A stretch of 64,000 bases of DNA from Heterodontus francisci. Its lineage: Eukaryota. The position numbers and the translations under genes are program-made. Location: the NCBI RefSeq assembly GCF_036365525.1, contig NW_027141646.1, positions 558,001 through 622,000 on the forward strand, given 5' to 3'. A model generated the notes under the pieces. It was not told where the DNA came from. It worked only from the letters and a program-made list of their open reading frames with translations, and ran no database searches. Below, in pieces: positions 62,183 to 64,000 of this stretch; position 1 is the first letter of the stretch; each line of letters starts with the position of its first letter.

Positions 62183-63154
62183 CTACATTAATGTTTGATT
62201 GAAGACTTCTGGTTGATCAGCATACACATAATAGCCAGCACCTCGAATAGCCGACAAATCAAAACAAAACATATATGTTAACATTGACAAAGCATGTTGA
62301 ACAATTTCCAGCATTGACATTTAATACAGTTTTGCATGAAGTTACCTATCACTTTTTTTAAAGAAAAATATTCTTAGCCTAGATTATTTGATGTCATGGA
62401 TGAATCTCAAACCTCCAAAGCTTTCAGAGTGTCCATCTATCTTTTGACATCTTTGTAAGTTTTTGTGGCACTGTCAGATAAACAATCTGTTTCAGCTGGT
62501 TGAAAGATTGTTTAAAAGATGATGATTGGAGCACAATGTCAGTGATTGTTTGGTCACGAGTTAAATAGAAACCCATGGAGTTGTTTCCACACTGTACCAG
62601 TATCTGTATTGCTTAATATAAACACAGCGATTGCCCGAAGGCTCAGTAAATATCATTATACATTATGTAAACTAATGCTTTACAGGTTGAAATATTTGCA
62701 GCAAGTTTATCCAGTGAGCAGCTGAAATGCAGAGAGCAGGAAGGTTCTGAATGAATAATTATCGTAAAATGATTATAAAATATACAGTATTTATATAAAA
62801 AAATTAAACTGTTCACTGTCAGGACTCCTGTCTACACACACACCAAGAACCCGACCGAACAACAGCGGACCCGACTCAACCCTTCCTGACACCCAACCAA
62901 AAAAAGGTGCAGCGCATGCGTGATGACAGTGCCGGCACCGGCTCACTGCGCAGACTCAATTCCGACCCGGACTCCCAGCTCCGGTCAGTTTTTTTTTAAT
63001 TTCAATACTGACCAGCAGAGACTGACCGAGTGTGTCCGACCCGACCCGAACTGGACCCGAGCCCGAAAGCCGGAGCCGCAAGCTGGGCCCGAGCCGAGGC
63101 GGACACATGTGCTCGGGTCCCGCTCGGGTTGGACTCGGGGATCCAGGGCTCTCG

Positions 63155-63435
63155 TGTACATTCCACACAGTCCCCGACTCCCGCTGAACTTCAACGCTAT
63201 TCAATGTTAATCTCTGAACACATCTGCAGACTCGCTCCCAAACCTGGTGTTGCTGCTGGAAGCAGATGTTGTTTGTTCACTTACCCGGGACCCGGATGTC
63301 TCCATTCGCAGCTGATTTAAACAATCTTCCGCTCACTCACTGAATGACACTCAGAACCAGTGTTGGGGGAGCATGCGCTCTTCTCCTCATGATGACGTCT
63401 CCAGTGGGCAGGGCTATACCGCGCGTGCGCAGCTC
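63155..63435 (-). promoter_or_regulatory. CpG-rich promoter and first exon of the unknown repeated unit (copy F)
   Basis: gcatgcgc, tgacgtc, ATG at 63305, donor gtaagt at 63284-63279. Confidence 0.55.
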
Positions 63436-64000
63436 TCTGCAACGAAAATAAATGGGAACTTTCCCCATTTCACCCTCATCAATGTGTGAACAATGAAACT
63501 GAACATGGGGTTAGCGTGGAGGAAGGGTGGGGATTGGTGGAGGGAGAGTGGGGTGGGGTGGAGGGAATTTATAACCTAGAAAGCCGGGAGTTGATCCTAT
63601 TTAGATGTTCAAATTGCCGTCTCTCCCTGCAGGGTGTTTGTTATTATTGAGACCCTCCTCTCAAAACAATCCGACAGAAACATGGGAGGAAGGAGGAAGT
63701 CGGTGTGTTTGCTGGGACCTTGTAGAATTCATTTCAGCCAGCAAAGGTTTGTCTAACCGGAGTGAAACCCGCGGTCAATGTGAGTAATACCGAATGGCGA
63801 TCTTCATTGTTTCATTCTGAACAAGAGAGACACGGAGCTGCCGCGATTATACCGGACACACAAACACAGTGACAATAGAGCCCGTCCCAGAGTTTCAGCT
63901 CCCGGTTGTTAAATGTCCTCATGTACACAGTCTTTGCTGTGAATTTTCAGGGCTCAGCTGCCGATTTCTACTCCTGTTTCCCTGAAACACTGGGACCAGC

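Larger units (their letters stand above)
61307..64000 (-). repeat. Inverted copy of ~26270-28600 (promoter, hAT terminus, 40-bp array)
   Basis: Close reverse-complement match; runs off the window end. Confidence 0.92.

Overview
Eukaryotic DNA, most likely a cartilaginous fish (shark/ray), inferred from HE1/V-SINE-like, Deu-SINE-like, CR1/HER1-like and Penelope-like repeats. The window is a decaying replication-dependent histone gene cluster built from segmental duplications. Two near-complete copies of a unit [H2B shell(+), H2A(+), H3(-), H4(-), H1(-)] lie at ~3.5-14.9 kb and ~51.2-61.3 kb, and a partial, more diverged H2A/H3 copy lies at ~21.5-23.7 kb. Only one histone gene (H3, 54496-54906) is canonical and intact. 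One further H3 has an open frame but five substitutions, and the rest carry stops, lost stops, frameshifts or deletions. Between the clusters are a large inverted duplication (~24.1-31.3 kb vs ~33.6-45.3 kb), a second inverted duplication (~42.5-46.4 kb vs ~48.1-50.9 kb), a near-full-length Hermes/hobo-like hAT transposase pseudogene with related termini, four tRNA pseudogenes and several minisatellite families (29, 40, 41, 46 bp). The least explained signal is a repeated transcription-unit-like module seen up to six times: an NRF1/ETS-type CpG promoter, a short exon with ATG 21-22 nt before a GTAAG donor, a ~260-bp acceptor-flanked exon-like block, then long 41-46-bp repeat arrays. All alignments were done by eye, so boundaries of repeats and duplications are approximate.
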